Assembly (NCBI GenBank): GCA_963790475.1 | Contig: CAWBOS010000010.1 | Span: 256,001-320,000, forward strand | Length of the DNA stretch: 64,000 bases | From: an uncultured delta proteobacterium | GTDB taxonomy: Bacteria; Desulfobacterota; RBG-13-43-22 | Direction of reading: 5' to 3' | In this document: piece after piece, positions 1 through 10,274 of the stretch | Position numbering within the stretch: position 1 is the stretch's first letter | Layout: each line of letters starts with the position of its first letter | Translations under genes and position numbers: made by a program | The notes under the pieces: model-generated | Databases searched by the model: none | What the model was told of the DNA's origin: nothing | What the model saw: only the letters and a program-made list of their open reading frames with translations

Positions 1-280
1 TGAGGAATTTGGCCTTGCCGGCCAAACGCAGGAAACGGCTCCTGTCTTTTTCATGGTGAAGGTCCAGGGTAATGCTTCGCTTGGAAGTATTATAAGCGGA
101 CCAATACAGGCTCTTTTCCGGGTCCGGGTCATCATCGATGAAAGGCCCTGTCCTCCGGGCCGGGTCTCCTTCCGGAGGCTCAATCTTAATTACGTCCGCC
201 CCCAGATCAGCCAGTATCTTCCCGCAAAATTGACCGCGATGGTCGGCCAGATCGAGCACACGATAGGAATCCAAAAACAT
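1..280 (-). CDS. CoA-transferase family III (CaiB/BaiF), runs off window start
   Basis: Manual translation from ATG at 280: MFLDSYRVLDLADHRGQFCGKILADLGADVIKIEPPEGDPAR...NTSKRSITLDL, the family III N-terminal signature; AGGAG upstream; not in ORF track because it is incomplete. Confidence 0.9.
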   Translation of the reverse strand, partial: MFLDSYRVLDLADHRGQFCGKILADLGADVIKIEPPEGDPARRTGPFIDDDPDPEKSLYWSAYNTSKRSITLDLHHEKDRSRFLRLAGKAKFL

Positions 281-304
281 ACCTGAGGCTCCTAATGAAT
301 ACCG

Positions 305-345
305 GTTTGAGGTTCAAGGCATGAGGTTTGAGGTTCGAGGTTTGT
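305..345. repeat. degenerate heptamer tandem repeat (TGAGGTT-like)
   Basis: ggtttgaggttcaaggcatgaggtttgaggttcgaggtttg in the intergenic gap. Confidence 0.6.
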
Positions 346-379
346 GTAGAATTATATACCCTATACCATACCCCTTGCT

Positions 380-1945
380 TTATGGTCTCATGGTAAAGGA
401 GGCTTTTCCCGCCTTTCGAAGCGGAGCGGCGAGATTGACGAAATCCACCAACAGGTGGCGCGTCCAGCGGGGGTCGATGATCTCCTCGATCCAAAAGGTC
501 TCTGCGGTACGAAAGGAAGAACGCAGCTTGTTGAGACGGGTCTCGATCTCTCGCAGTTTAATCTCAGGATCCGGAGCGCTTTCAATTTCCGCCCGGTAAG
601 CGGCTTCGATGCCGCCTTCCAGGGGGAGGGAACCCCAGCGGGCGGAAGGCCAGGCATAACGCGTACAGAATCGGCCAGCGGGTTGATGGGCGCCACCGGC
701 AACACCGAAGGCGTTGCGTAAAATAATGGAGCACCAGGGCACACTGGTCTGGTTGATGGCGCTCATGGCCCTGACCCCGTGGCGGATGGTGGCGGAACGT
801 TCGGCATCAGGTCCCACAAAAAAACCGGGGCAATCAACCAGGTAAATGACCGGCAGGTGAAAGGTCTCAGCCAGATCGACAAACCGGGTGATTTTCATGC
901 AGCAGTCGGCGGTCCAGGCGCCGGCAAAGTGATAGGGATCGCTGGCCATGAGGGCGATAGGCCAACCGTCTATCCGAGCAAACCCGGTAATCATCGAGCG
1001 TCCGAAGTTCCGGCCCATCTCGAAGAAGGACCCGCGGTCGATCATCGTTTCGATAATAGGCCGCATTTTGTAGACCCGGCGGATGTTTCTGGGGATCGCT
1101 TCTCCGAGCCAGTCGTCCAGGCGATTCGGATCATCCTCGACGGTTCCTCGTTCAGGCAGGCCGTAAACAGAATCAGGCAAATAGGATAAGAACCGCTTGG
1201 CGGACTCGATGGCCTGCAGTTCTGTATCTGAGGCCTCATCGACTGCACCGCAGCGGGTTTGAATCTGCCAACCCCCAAGTTCGTCCCGGGTCAGGTGATA
1301 ACCGAGGGCATTGACAACCGGGGGACCGGCCACAAATAACTGTGAAGTATTTTTGACCATCACTGAATAATGACTGGCGGCCATCCGGGCGGCCCCCAGG
1401 CCGGCCACCGGACCCAACCCGAGGCTGACGCAGGGAACGGTACCCAAGTTGTCAGTGACGAGGTCATATCTGGTTGACTGGCCGACCCCCCCCGGTAAAT
1501 TCGCCCGTCCTTTGGTCTCGATCGTTTTAACCGAGCCGCCGCCCCCCGAGCCTTCAATAAGGCGGACGATAGGGATATGGAGTTCCTGAGCCATGTGCTC
1601 GGCCATGAGGTTTTTCTCTTTGATCGTGGCATCGGCTGAACCCCCCCTGACCGTAAAGTCATCGCCGACCACGACAACCGGCCTTCCGTTGATAAGGCCC
1701 CTGCCCAGGAAAGAGTTGGAAGGCATTAAATCAATAAGATCGTTATTCCCATCGTAAACCGCCTGGCCGGCAATGGTCCCGATTTCATGCAAAGATCCCT
1801 GGTCGAGCAGCAGGCCCACTCTTTCCCGGATGGTCAACCGTCCGGCTTCGTGTTGGCGTTTAACCTTGTCCTCCCCTCCCATACGTTTAGCGAGCTTCTC
1901 CCGCTTGGCCAGTTCATCAAGCTCCGGTTGCCAGGTCATAATCAT
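380..1945 (-). CDS. acyl-CoA carboxylase/decarboxylase carboxyltransferase subunit
   Basis: MGG..VKRQHEAGRLTIRER, DDFTVRGGS, GFARIDGWP, YLVDCPGF motifs of the Carboxyl_trans family. Confidence 0.9.
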   Translation of the reverse strand: MIMTWQPELDELAKREKLAKRMGGEDKVKRQHEAGRLTIRERVGLLLDQGSLHEIGTIAGQAVYDGNNDLIDLMPSNSFLGRGLINGRPVVVVGDDFTVRGGSADATIKEKNLMAEHMAQELHIPIVRLIEGSGGGGSVKTIETKGRANLPGGVGQSTRYDLVTDNLGTVPCVSLGLGPVAGLGAARMAASHYSVMVKNTSQLFVAGPPVVNALGYHLTRDELGGWQIQTRCGAVDEASDTELQAIESAKRFLSYLPDSVYGLPERGTVEDDPNRLDDWLGEAIPRNIRRVYKMRPIIETMIDRGSFFEMGRNFGRSMITGFARIDGWPIALMASDPYHFAGAWTADCCMKITRFVDLAETFHLPVIYLVDCPGFFVGPDAERSATIRHGVRAMSAINQTSVPWCSIILRNAFGVAGGAHQPAGRFCTRYAWPSARWGSLPLEGGIEAAYRAEIESAPDPEIKLREIETRLNKLRSSFRTAETFWIEEIIDPRWTRHLLVDFVNLAAPLRKAGKASFTMRP

Positions 1946-2549
1946 TCTCCTTAAATAGTTTCACCTCCGTTATTTCCGGATGGAAGCTATAGGGTTATTA
2001 AAATTTCAAATCCGAAGTCCCGGTTTTATTCCCATCCGGGATTGGGGTCTTAGAAAACCGCCAGACCTGAGAGATTTGAAAAATGTCCCTTTGGCCCAGT
2101 CTCTGCCTGACCTTGAACAAAATTCATTATTTTTATAAGCTCCCGCCTATATTTTCAAAAAGAATATGTTTTGTTCGGGAGTAGTTTAAGATGTGTCTTA
2201 GAAAAGAGTCAAGGGGAAAAAAGAGTTCCCATTCATCTCCGGAGCCGGGAGGGAGGGATGGATCTACGAAAAAATAGGGAAGAATGATGAGGGGTGTAAT
2301 CCCCCCGGGTTTGGATCCCGATAACTATTCTTTTTTATTTTTCATTTTTTTATTGACAATTTATGGTGATGAATCTATCTATTCAAAAACAAGAATAAGG
2401 TTGATTCTTAAAGATAAATTTACCTAACGTTTCAATCTAATTATCAAAAGGCAAACCCGAGCAGGGAACCGCAACGTAACTATTCACACAGATTAAATTA
2501 ATCGGTTTTTTTTGACATCTCAAAAAAGGAGAAGTCAATGGAATACCTG

Positions 2550-2590
2550 AAGGCCCCATTACTGAAAAGAAGTGATGGGGCCTTTTTTTT
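2550..2590 (+). terminator. intrinsic terminator inside the 5' leader of the transporter gene
   Basis: aaggccccattact-gaaaaga-agtgatggggcctt stem followed by a T-tract. Confidence 0.75.
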
Positions 2591-2736
2591 AAGGAGGTGA
2601 TCCTTTACCAGAAGAAACTTTTCAAATGAAGTTCAATGGATAGTGGCGAACGCCGGGTAATTGCTATCAAAAGGGGACCAATTATTTAATTTTGGTGAGT
2701 CCCACGGGAACATTTTTGAAAAGAAGGAGACAGCGC

Positions 2737-4182
2737 ATGGAAGAAACAAAACATGGCGTAAGCGAAGACTGGATGTCATTATGGATCGGACTGTTTATAT
2801 TCATTCTGTCCCTGGGGATATTTGTCGGGGCTGACATCCTTGGATTTGGAATAAACATTGCAGTATGGACGAATTTATCAAAGGCATTAAGTCCTATATC
2901 TAAAGCTTATACTGGTCTTGGTGGTGTAGGATCTCTTGTTTCGACCTATCTATTTCTCCTCATTATCATGACTATTAGTGCAATAGCCTTGAAAGCCGAT
3001 ATTAAGCGGTTTATCGGAGGTTTTACCGCCGTATTCTTGATTAGCTATATCTGTTGGATCATCGGAAGCTGGGCTCACGTGGCTGCAACAATACCCCCGG
3101 ATATGAAGAAATTCGGAATTACCTGGTCGTTAAAACTGACTCCTGAAGGGGGGTTTATTGTTGCACTGGTCGCTGGATTGATTGTTGGCAATTTTTTCCC
3201 TGGTTTTGCAGAAGCTATAAAGGAGGGTGTAAGGCCTGAATTATACATCAAGACCGCCATCGTCATCCTGGGTGGATTTTTGGGTATAACCGCGGCTGAA
3301 AAGTTGGGATTGGCCACAGCAGTAATGTTCAGAGGTCTGTGTGCTATTGTCGAGGCTTACCTGATTTACTGGGCTTTGGTCTATTTCATTGCCAGGAAAT
3401 ACTTTAAGTTCAGTCGGGAATGGGCAGCCCCCCTTGCTTCAGGTATATCGATATGCGGTGTGTCCGCGGCTATAGCCACGGGTGCCGCAATAAAGGCCAG
3501 GCCAAAGATCCCCATCATGGTATCTTCACTGGTGGTCGTTTTCGCCGTTGTCGAGCTATTGGTACTTCCGTTTATTGCGGAAAAGTTTCTCTGGAAAGAA
3601 CCGATGGTCGCAGGGGCCTGGATGGGACTGGCGGTTAAGACCGATGGGGCGGCGGTTGCCAGCGGCGCTGTCACTGAGTCCCTTATAAGGGCCAAGACCC
3701 TCGCTATGACGGGGGAAAACTATAAGGAAGGCTGGATGATAGGAACAGCGGCAACCGTAAAGGTATTTATCGATGTTTTTATAGGTATCTGGGCCTTTAT
3801 CCTGGCTATAATATGGTGTTCCGTTATAGAATGTAAACCGGGGGAAAAGGTCCGACCAGGTCAGATATGGGAGAGGTTTCCAAAGTTTGTTATCGGCTAT
3901 GTGATTACCTTCTTTATTATTTTATTTATCGGGATAAAATCGCCTGGGTTGATAAATAATGCAAAAGCAGCTATGGGGGAAGGTAATATCTTCAGGGTAA
4001 TATTCTTCGTGATGACCTTTTTCACCATCGGTGTCATGTCTAATTTTAAAAAGCTTTGGGAAGAAGGCATTGGCAAATTAGCCGCCGTTTATCTTTTATG
4101 TCTCTTCGGGTTTATAATCTGGATAGGGCTGTTCATCTCATGGATATTCTTCCATGGGGTGCACCCACCATTGGCAGGATAA
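2737..4182 (+). CDS. putative sulfate exporter family (YeiH-like) membrane transporter
   Basis: Highly hydrophobic; ASGISICGVSAAIATGAAI and ERFPKFVIG motifs; ATG 2737 follows AAGGAG. Confidence 0.85.
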   Translation: MEETKHGVSEDWMSLWIGLFIFILSLGIFVGADILGFGINIAVWTNLSKALSPISKAYTGLGGVGSLVSTYLFLLIIMTISAIALKADIKRFIGGFTAVFLISYICWIIGSWAHVAATIPPDMKKFGITWSLKLTPEGGFIVALVAGLIVGNFFPGFAEAIKEGVRPELYIKTAIVILGGFLGITAAEKLGLATAVMFRGLCAIVEAYLIYWALVYFIARKYFKFSREWAAPLASGISICGVSAAIATGAAIKARPKIPIMVSSLVVVFAVVELLVLPFIAEKFLWKEPMVAGAWMGLAVKTDGAAVASGAVTESLIRAKTLAMTGENYKEGWMIGTAATVKVFIDVFIGIWAFILAIIWCSVIECKPGEKVRPGQIWERFPKFVIGYVITFFIILFIGIKSPGLINNAKAAMGEGNIFRVIFFVMTFFTIGVMSNFKKLWEEGIGKLAAVYLLCLFGFIIWIGLFISWIFFHGVHPPLAG

Positions 4183-4245
4183 AATGAATTTGAAAGAATT
4201 TCCGGGAAAATCATTTGACCTATCTGTGCCAGAAAGGAGCTATTT

Positions 4246-4410
4246 ATGTCTGAAGAACCTAAAATAGCAGAAGAGTTAAAAACGATGGAGATGGAGTACG
4301 AGCCCCTGCTCCCCGTGGAGAAAAAACTCATAGGTTACAGTTTGATAATTGGTGTTGTTCTTCTTGGACTACTTGTCTGGGTCAGTTATACCTTCTTCCC
4401 CGGACAGTAA
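4246..4410 (+). CDS. small single-TM membrane protein (54 aa), probable partner of the upstream transporter
   Basis: AAGGAG RBS; MSEEPKIAEELKTMEMEYEPLLPVEKKLIGYSLIIGVVLLGLLVWVSYTFFPGQ; below ORF-track cutoff. Confidence 0.75.
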   Translation: MSEEPKIAEELKTMEMEYEPLLPVEKKLIGYSLIIGVVLLGLLVWVSYTFFPGQ

Positions 4411-4417
4411 AGGAATG

Positions 4418-4455
4418 TTCATCATTGCAGCCCTTAGCAGGGCTGCAATGATGAA
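4418..4455. terminator. hairpin between convergent genes
   Basis: ttcatcattgcagccc-ttagca-gggctgcaatgatgaa perfect 16-bp stem. Confidence 0.7.
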
Positions 4456-4538
4456 GAAAAGGGAACAGATTTATTATTTCGACTTAACGAGAACCGTCCC
4501 TTTAAGAGCTTTGAAGAATGTCCAAGGCTCTCAGGTTA

Positions 4539-6932
4539 TCAAGGGTTGAGCTCCAGCGTGTGGCGGGCATGTTTCTTGATGGCCTCATCGCTGAACCACC
4601 AGTACACTTTATCTCCATTCATGAAAGGCTTAACCTGATCTTTGAAATGGGAGTCGAAGCGGCGGGCCGAGACCCCGCCCGGTAAGACGGCCATGATCCG
4701 GTCTTTGTCGGCCAGGTCGACGACCATACGCAAAGAGGCCGAAATGGTGACAGCGAAAGGCCGGCTGAAGTCATACATAGCGCGATAAAGGGTCTCTTGC
4801 GAACCTCCCATGGGATGGGAGCCGCCGCCGAGAAGCCCTTTCCCGAACCCTTGGCGGCGGAGGGGGTGGACCAGTTCAAGCTGGTGCGCCTTCCCCCATA
4901 ACCACTTTTCCGGATCCCGGCCGAGGATCGGACTTATCTCTTGGATGGCTGCAAGTCCGGCCTGATGGAATAGATCATCTCTGGTTTCCCGCACCTCTTT
5001 TGTTTTCCAATTATCAAACCAGGGGGAGGTCCCTTTGATGACCATGGCCTGAAGCCGTTCCTGCCAAAAGTACCAGTCGTCCAGCAAAGTGCCGGCCAGT
5101 TCCCGACCCAATTTATCTGTAAAAACGAGTAGAGCGAACTGCCGGTAAACGGCCTGAAAAATGGTCGGGGCCGCCACTTCAGGATCATCCTGAAAATTCC
5201 AGCGGCTGAGAATATCGGCCAGGACCTTGGTGTCTTCATGGGCTTTGAGGGCCTGGGTCATGATCGGGGTGATCTCCCGGGCCATCAGGTTCAGGGTGTC
5301 CCTTTGAAAACCCCAGTGACTTTCGGCAGGCTTCATTCCCGGCGCATCCAGAAGTTGACTTAAGCGCCGATAGCGGTAGGAGGGAGAAAAATGGGATGAA
5401 TAATAATAGGGGTAGTCCTCGGTGACGGTTTTATGGTTGCAGGTCCCCAGCCAACCCCTTTCCGGGTTATAGGATTGGGGCATCTTTTCAAAAGGGATCC
5501 ATCCCGTCCAGTTGTCCCGGCCGTCGCGGACGATATAGGGCAGGGTGCCTTCTCCCTGAGACCGGATAGGCAGTTTTCCGGAGGTCTGCCAGCCTATATT
5601 CCCCTTCGTATCGGCAAAAACAAAATTGAGAGTTATCCAATTCACCTCTTTGAGGGCCTCCCGAATCTCATCGACGGACCTGGCCCGTTGGACCTTGTCC
5701 AGCCCCAGAGAAGGTCCCATGGTTTCAAAGGGCGCCCAGCGGAGAGTGAGAACCCGATCGGTTTTCAATCCGGGGATGATTTCAGATATGACCGGGCCTC
5801 TCTTGGTCATCCTGATCCGGACCGTCTCTTTTCGATAGCCTTCAGTCGCCTTTTTATCCTTGATCTTGAGGGTTTCTTCAATCCATTGAAAGGGCAGGGA
5901 TACCCCGCCTTCCAGGTATCGATCGGGATTTTTGGGATCGATGGTTTCGACATACAGGTCCTGAGTATCCCCATAGCTATTGGTCATTCCAACGGCGATA
6001 TAATCGCTTCTCCCGATGGTTAAGGACGGGGTGCCCGGTATACAGACCCCGACAAATCTCATTTCCGGAGTAATGATGCCGACAGGATACCAGGGACCGG
6101 GGAGCATCCTGGCGTCCAAATGCGGATCGTTGGCCAGAATGGGTTTTCCCCCCGGAGAGAACTTCGGACCCACGGCCCAATTATTGCTGCCTATGTGCAG
6201 AGGACCCCGTTCCAGATAAGCCAGGAGACCCCGATCAAGCCCGAGATTCAAACCCAAGGCCTCTCTATTCCATTGTAAGGCAACCTGCTGGGAGTTTTTA
6301 TGATCATCCGGATTGATATTGAGCGGAAAAATCTCTTTGGCTTTTTCCAAACCGATTTTGTCGACCAGCATCTGGGCGATGATCTCGGTTTGCAAATTAG
6401 CCGATAATCCCCAGCTCACAAAATACATGATGGCTAATGAATCTTCGATACGCCAGGGTTGGGGTACAATGCCGGCGAGTTTAAACTCCAGAGGAAAGGT
6501 CTTGGACCCTTCTTTGATATAGAGATTAATACCATCCAAGTATCTTTGAAAATTACGTCTGGTTGGGGCATCCAATAACCGGGCATGCTTTTGGGCCTGG
6601 CGAAAAAAACCGATGGTTCGCATGCGGACGTCGATGGGCTCGGCCTCTTTACCGGCCATCTCACAAAGACGTCCCTCAGAAAAAAGCCGGGTCACCTCCA
6701 TTTGAAACAATCGATCCTGCGCGGTGACATACCCCTGGGCCAACAGGGCATCATCGATGTTCCGGGCATAGATGTAGGCCATCCCTTTCTCGTCGCGTAA
6801 AACGGTCCCCTTTTCTTTCAGTCCGGAAAGGGTAAGTTTTCCATCTCTCTGGTATCGGCCGGTGAAAAACCATCCGCCGAGAGCACCGGCCACAAGCAGA
6901 ACCCCGATTATGATCCATAGTTTGATCTTCAT
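4539..6932 (-). CDS. penicillin acylase family (Ntn-hydrolase) protein
   Basis: N-terminal TM anchor; AQGYVTAQDRLFQM; catalytic GSNNW; ANDPHL; start MKIKLW at 6932 with AGGAG. Confidence 0.92.
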   Translation of the reverse strand: MKIKLWIIIGVLLVAGALGGWFFTGRYQRDGKLTLSGLKEKGTVLRDEKGMAYIYARNIDDALLAQGYVTAQDRLFQMEVTRLFSEGRLCEMAGKEAEPIDVRMRTIGFFRQAQKHARLLDAPTRRNFQRYLDGINLYIKEGSKTFPLEFKLAGIVPQPWRIEDSLAIMYFVSWGLSANLQTEIIAQMLVDKIGLEKAKEIFPLNINPDDHKNSQQVALQWNREALGLNLGLDRGLLAYLERGPLHIGSNNWAVGPKFSPGGKPILANDPHLDARMLPGPWYPVGIITPEMRFVGVCIPGTPSLTIGRSDYIAVGMTNSYGDTQDLYVETIDPKNPDRYLEGGVSLPFQWIEETLKIKDKKATEGYRKETVRIRMTKRGPVISEIIPGLKTDRVLTLRWAPFETMGPSLGLDKVQRARSVDEIREALKEVNWITLNFVFADTKGNIGWQTSGKLPIRSQGEGTLPYIVRDGRDNWTGWIPFEKMPQSYNPERGWLGTCNHKTVTEDYPYYYSSHFSPSYRYRRLSQLLDAPGMKPAESHWGFQRDTLNLMAREITPIMTQALKAHEDTKVLADILSRWNFQDDPEVAAPTIFQAVYRQFALLVFTDKLGRELAGTLLDDWYFWQERLQAMVIKGTSPWFDNWKTKEVRETRDDLFHQAGLAAIQEISPILGRDPEKWLWGKAHQLELVHPLRRQGFGKGLLGGGSHPMGGSQETLYRAMYDFSRPFAVTISASLRMVVDLADKDRIMAVLPGGVSARRFDSHFKDQVKPFMNGDKVYWWFSDEAIKKHARHTLELNP

Positions 6933-7297
6933 CTTTCCATTCTCCTGATCCGGTTTAATGGTTGGCCTGCCGATAGAATAACCTCTATGACCTCTTCGCA
7001 AATATTAAAAAGATTTGGATAGATTTTATGGGATTTAGATTATCCTGAAATGCGGTATAAGACAACTGGAAAAGCGGGATCAAGGAGAGAAGTATTACTG
7101 TAATCCGAAATTAAAAGGTGGATAGAATAACAGGTCTCTTTCGCGTGACTTGACACACTTAAAAATTTGTGATTACCATGAGTTAAATTTTTACAGAGGA
7201 GCCCAATAATGACCTGGAAACCAAAGGTCGAGGAGCTCGAATTTAGAAAGAGACCGGCCGAAAAAATGGTCGGGCCGGAGCGAGGTAAATTGAAAAT

Positions 7298-8521
7298 ATG
7301 TCGGGACCGTTAAAAAACTTGAAAATACTGGATCTCACCTGGGCACTGGCCGGACCTTTCGGAACCATGCTGCTCTCCGACCTGGGTGCCGAAGTGATCA
7401 AGGTCGAGAGACCAGGCATCGGGGACGTAGCCAGGACCCTTGAACCCATTGTGGATTCGGTCAGCACCTATTTTTTCAGCGTCAATCGCGGTAAAAAAAG
7501 CATGGTCATCGACCTCAAAACAGAAAGAGGCAAAATGCTTTTCCTTAAGCTGGCGGCTGAATGTGATGTGTTGGTAGAAAATTTTACACCGGGGACCATG
7601 GATTCTCTCGGGTTGGGATACGAAACCCTGAAGGCCCATAACCCCAGGCTGATTTACGCCGCCTGCTCTGGATATGGACGGACCGGTCCGGAGTCTCAAA
7701 AGCCTTCGCTGGATGTTATCGCCCAGGGAAGATCCGGGGTGATGAGCATAACCGGCGAGGAAGGCCGGGATCCGGTGCGGGTGGGGGTGTCCATAGCCGA
7801 CCTTAGCGCCGGTATGTTTACGGCGCTTTCTATCTTAGCGGCGGTCTATGAAAGGATGGAAAGCGGATTGGGGCAGATGATTGATGTCAGCATGGTGGAC
7901 TCGGTAGTGGCCCTGGAAGAAAATGCCTTCGTCCGTTATTTCGCCACCGGCGAAGAGCCTCGAAGGTTGGGGAGCAAGCACCCGCTTCTGACGCCCTTCC
8001 AGGCCTTTCCCACTAAAGACGGGCATATAGTCCTGGTGGCTACCGGACCTATCGAACAATGGGCGCTTTTCCTGGAGAAAATTGATTGTCCGGATCTACT
8101 CAGCGATGAAAGATTTCATAATCCAAGGACCCGGTATAAATACAACAAAGAATTGGAGCCCATTTTTACCGAGGCCCTGAAGAAGAAAACAACCCGGGAA
8201 TGGATTGAAGAGTTTGAGCCGATTGGCATGCCCTGCGGACCGCTGAACAGCATTGCCGACAGCGCCCATGACCCACTTTTGATTTCAAGAAAAATGTTTA
8301 TCGATTTGCCGAACGCTGGCACGGAGAAGGGCACGATGAAAGTGGTCAATACCCCCATGAATTTTTCCAGGACTCCTGCCGGGCCGGAAAGCGGGGCCCC
8401 TGTTTTGGGGGAACACACCAGGGAAGTGCTCTCGTCTATGTTCGGCTTGGGGTTGAAGGAAATCGAAGAATTGGAATCTCAGGGGATTATAAACACTATT
8501 AAAAGCAGGAAGGAAAAATGA
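7298..8521 (+). CDS. CoA-transferase family III (CaiB/BaiF)
   Basis: LAGPFGTMLLSDLGAEVIKVE, NRGKKS, ENFTPG, SIADLSAG. Confidence 0.93.
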   Translation: MSGPLKNLKILDLTWALAGPFGTMLLSDLGAEVIKVERPGIGDVARTLEPIVDSVSTYFFSVNRGKKSMVIDLKTERGKMLFLKLAAECDVLVENFTPGTMDSLGLGYETLKAHNPRLIYAACSGYGRTGPESQKPSLDVIAQGRSGVMSITGEEGRDPVRVGVSIADLSAGMFTALSILAAVYERMESGLGQMIDVSMVDSVVALEENAFVRYFATGEEPRRLGSKHPLLTPFQAFPTKDGHIVLVATGPIEQWALFLEKIDCPDLLSDERFHNPRTRYKYNKELEPIFTEALKKKTTREWIEEFEPIGMPCGPLNSIADSAHDPLLISRKMFIDLPNAGTEKGTMKVVNTPMNFSRTPAGPESGAPVLGEHTREVLSSMFGLGLKEIEELESQGIINTIKSRKEK

Positions 8522-10098
8522 AAATGAAAAACAAAACCCCGATTTTTATTATGGCCTTATTTTTAGCTTCATTCATTAACTCGCCGTCAACCTATGCCGC
8601 CGCCGCTCCGCAGTACGGCGGTGTTTACCGGACGGTTATGTCCGAGCCCCGATCATTAGACCCGCATATGGAAACCTATGCCCAGACTTCCGCCGTCACC
8701 AACAACACCAATAATCGTTTGATACGATGGAACAAAGATATGTCCGGGGTTGAACTCGACCTGGCGGAAAGCTTTCGGCAGATCGATCCTCTCACCTTTG
8801 AGTTTAAGCTGCACAAGGGGGTGAAATTTCATAATCTCCCGCCGGTGAACGGCCGCGAGTTGACCTCGGCGGACGTTAAATACTCCATAGAACGGGTCTC
8901 CGGAATGTACGGCCTAAAAAACAATTTCAAACATAAATACTATTTTGAGGACAAGCTGGCCGCCATCCAGACTCCGGATAAGTATACGGTTATCTTTAAA
9001 CTCAAAGAGCCCTTCGCGCCATTTATTAATTATCTGGCATCCGATTGGTCGGTTATCGTGGCCAAGGAAGTAGTGGATAAATACGGGGACCTGAAGAGAA
9101 ACGCTATCGGGACCGGCCCTTTTATCCTCGAGGAATATGTTCAGGGATCTCATATTACCATGGTTAAAAACAAGGATTACTTTAAAAAAGGGCTGCCCTA
9201 TCTGGATAAAATTCAAATCAAGATTATGAGTGATCCGGCCAGTATCATGGCCGCTTTTTTGGCCGGGAACCTGGATTCATTCGGTCCCTATTACTTCCAG
9301 ATCCCGGTGCTTCAAAAGGAGGCGCCTAAGGCCAAAATTGATAGGGAAAAATCTTTTCATATGTGGGTGTTGAGGACGCAACCCTGCACCACCACCTATG
9401 AAGACCTTGACCCCCCCCTTAAGGACCGGCGGGTCAGACAGGCAATCGGTTTGGCGATCGACAAGAAAAGGTTGCTCAATTTAGCCTGGGGAGGGGCGGG
9501 AACGGTTCAAATCGGGGCCATTCCAAATTTCCCGCCCTATTCACTGCCTGAATCCGATCAATTGGAATATAATCCGGAAAAGGCCAAAAAACTGTTGGCA
9601 GAAGCCGGGTATCCTAATGGTTTTAAAACCCAGTTGTTGACCTGGAACGCCGATTACATGACCAAACCGGCCCAGGTCATTAAGGAAATGCTTGGCAAGG
9701 TCGGGATTGAAATCGAATTAAAGCTTTTGGAACAGGCCCAGTATTTCAATACCGTTTTCCGGTACAAGTACCCCCTGTCTTTACACGTCATGACCGCCGG
9801 GTATGACCCGGATGATTGGATCGATCATTATTTCGGCCCCCATGAACATACCACGACCTATAAATGGTGTAATCCCAAGGTGTGGGACCTGGACGAAAAA
9901 CAAAGAAAAATTTTGGACGTAAAACAGCGGGCCAGGGTTATTCATGAGATTCAGCGGGAACTGATGCGGGATGCTACCCATACCTTTCTATATACCCAGG
10001 ACAGTTATTCCGCTTACTGGCCTTATGTCCATCCCAACGATTATTTCCATCCCAACAGCAGCCTGATGGGGGAAAAGATCTGGCTTGAAAAACACTGA
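8518..10098 (+). CDS. ABC transporter substrate-binding protein, family 5 (peptide/nickel type)
   Basis: Signal peptide; PQYGG, SLDPH, GVKFH..GRELTSADVKYS, IGTGPF, YNPEKAKKLLAEAGY; ATGA overlap with upstream gene. Confidence 0.9.
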   Translation: MKMKNKTPIFIMALFLASFINSPSTYAAAAPQYGGVYRTVMSEPRSLDPHMETYAQTSAVTNNTNNRLIRWNKDMSGVELDLAESFRQIDPLTFEFKLHKGVKFHNLPPVNGRELTSADVKYSIERVSGMYGLKNNFKHKYYFEDKLAAIQTPDKYTVIFKLKEPFAPFINYLASDWSVIVAKEVVDKYGDLKRNAIGTGPFILEEYVQGSHITMVKNKDYFKKGLPYLDKIQIKIMSDPASIMAAFLAGNLDSFGPYYFQIPVLQKEAPKAKIDREKSFHMWVLRTQPCTTTYEDLDPPLKDRRVRQAIGLAIDKKRLLNLAWGGAGTVQIGAIPNFPPYSLPESDQLEYNPEKAKKLLAEAGYPNGFKTQLLTWNADYMTKPAQVIKEMLGKVGIEIELKLLEQAQYFNTVFRYKYPLSLHVMTAGYDPDDWIDHYFGPHEHTTTYKWCNPKVWDLDEKQRKILDVKQRARVIHEIQRELMRDATHTFLYTQDSYSAYWPYVHPNDYFHPNSSLMGEKIWLEKH

Positions 10099-10274
10099 TC
10101 GGAAAGGGGAAGGCAACGAATTTTTACTGCTCTATCATATACTGATTCTTGTTGAAAATCCTTTAATGGCCATTCAAAAATATATCGAACCTGCAATTGC
10201 CCGCAGCCTGAAGGAATTGCAGGTTCAATTTCCTGGGTGGTAAGAGTGTTCCCGAAAAATTTCAAGGATAGTTA

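Noticed and set aside
2446-2500. c-di-GMP-I riboswitch-like string AAAGGCAAACCC..GGGAACCGCAA
   Set aside because: P2 is very short, lacks the GNRA tetraloop, and no P3/tetraloop receptor follows; needs an Infernal score to be credible
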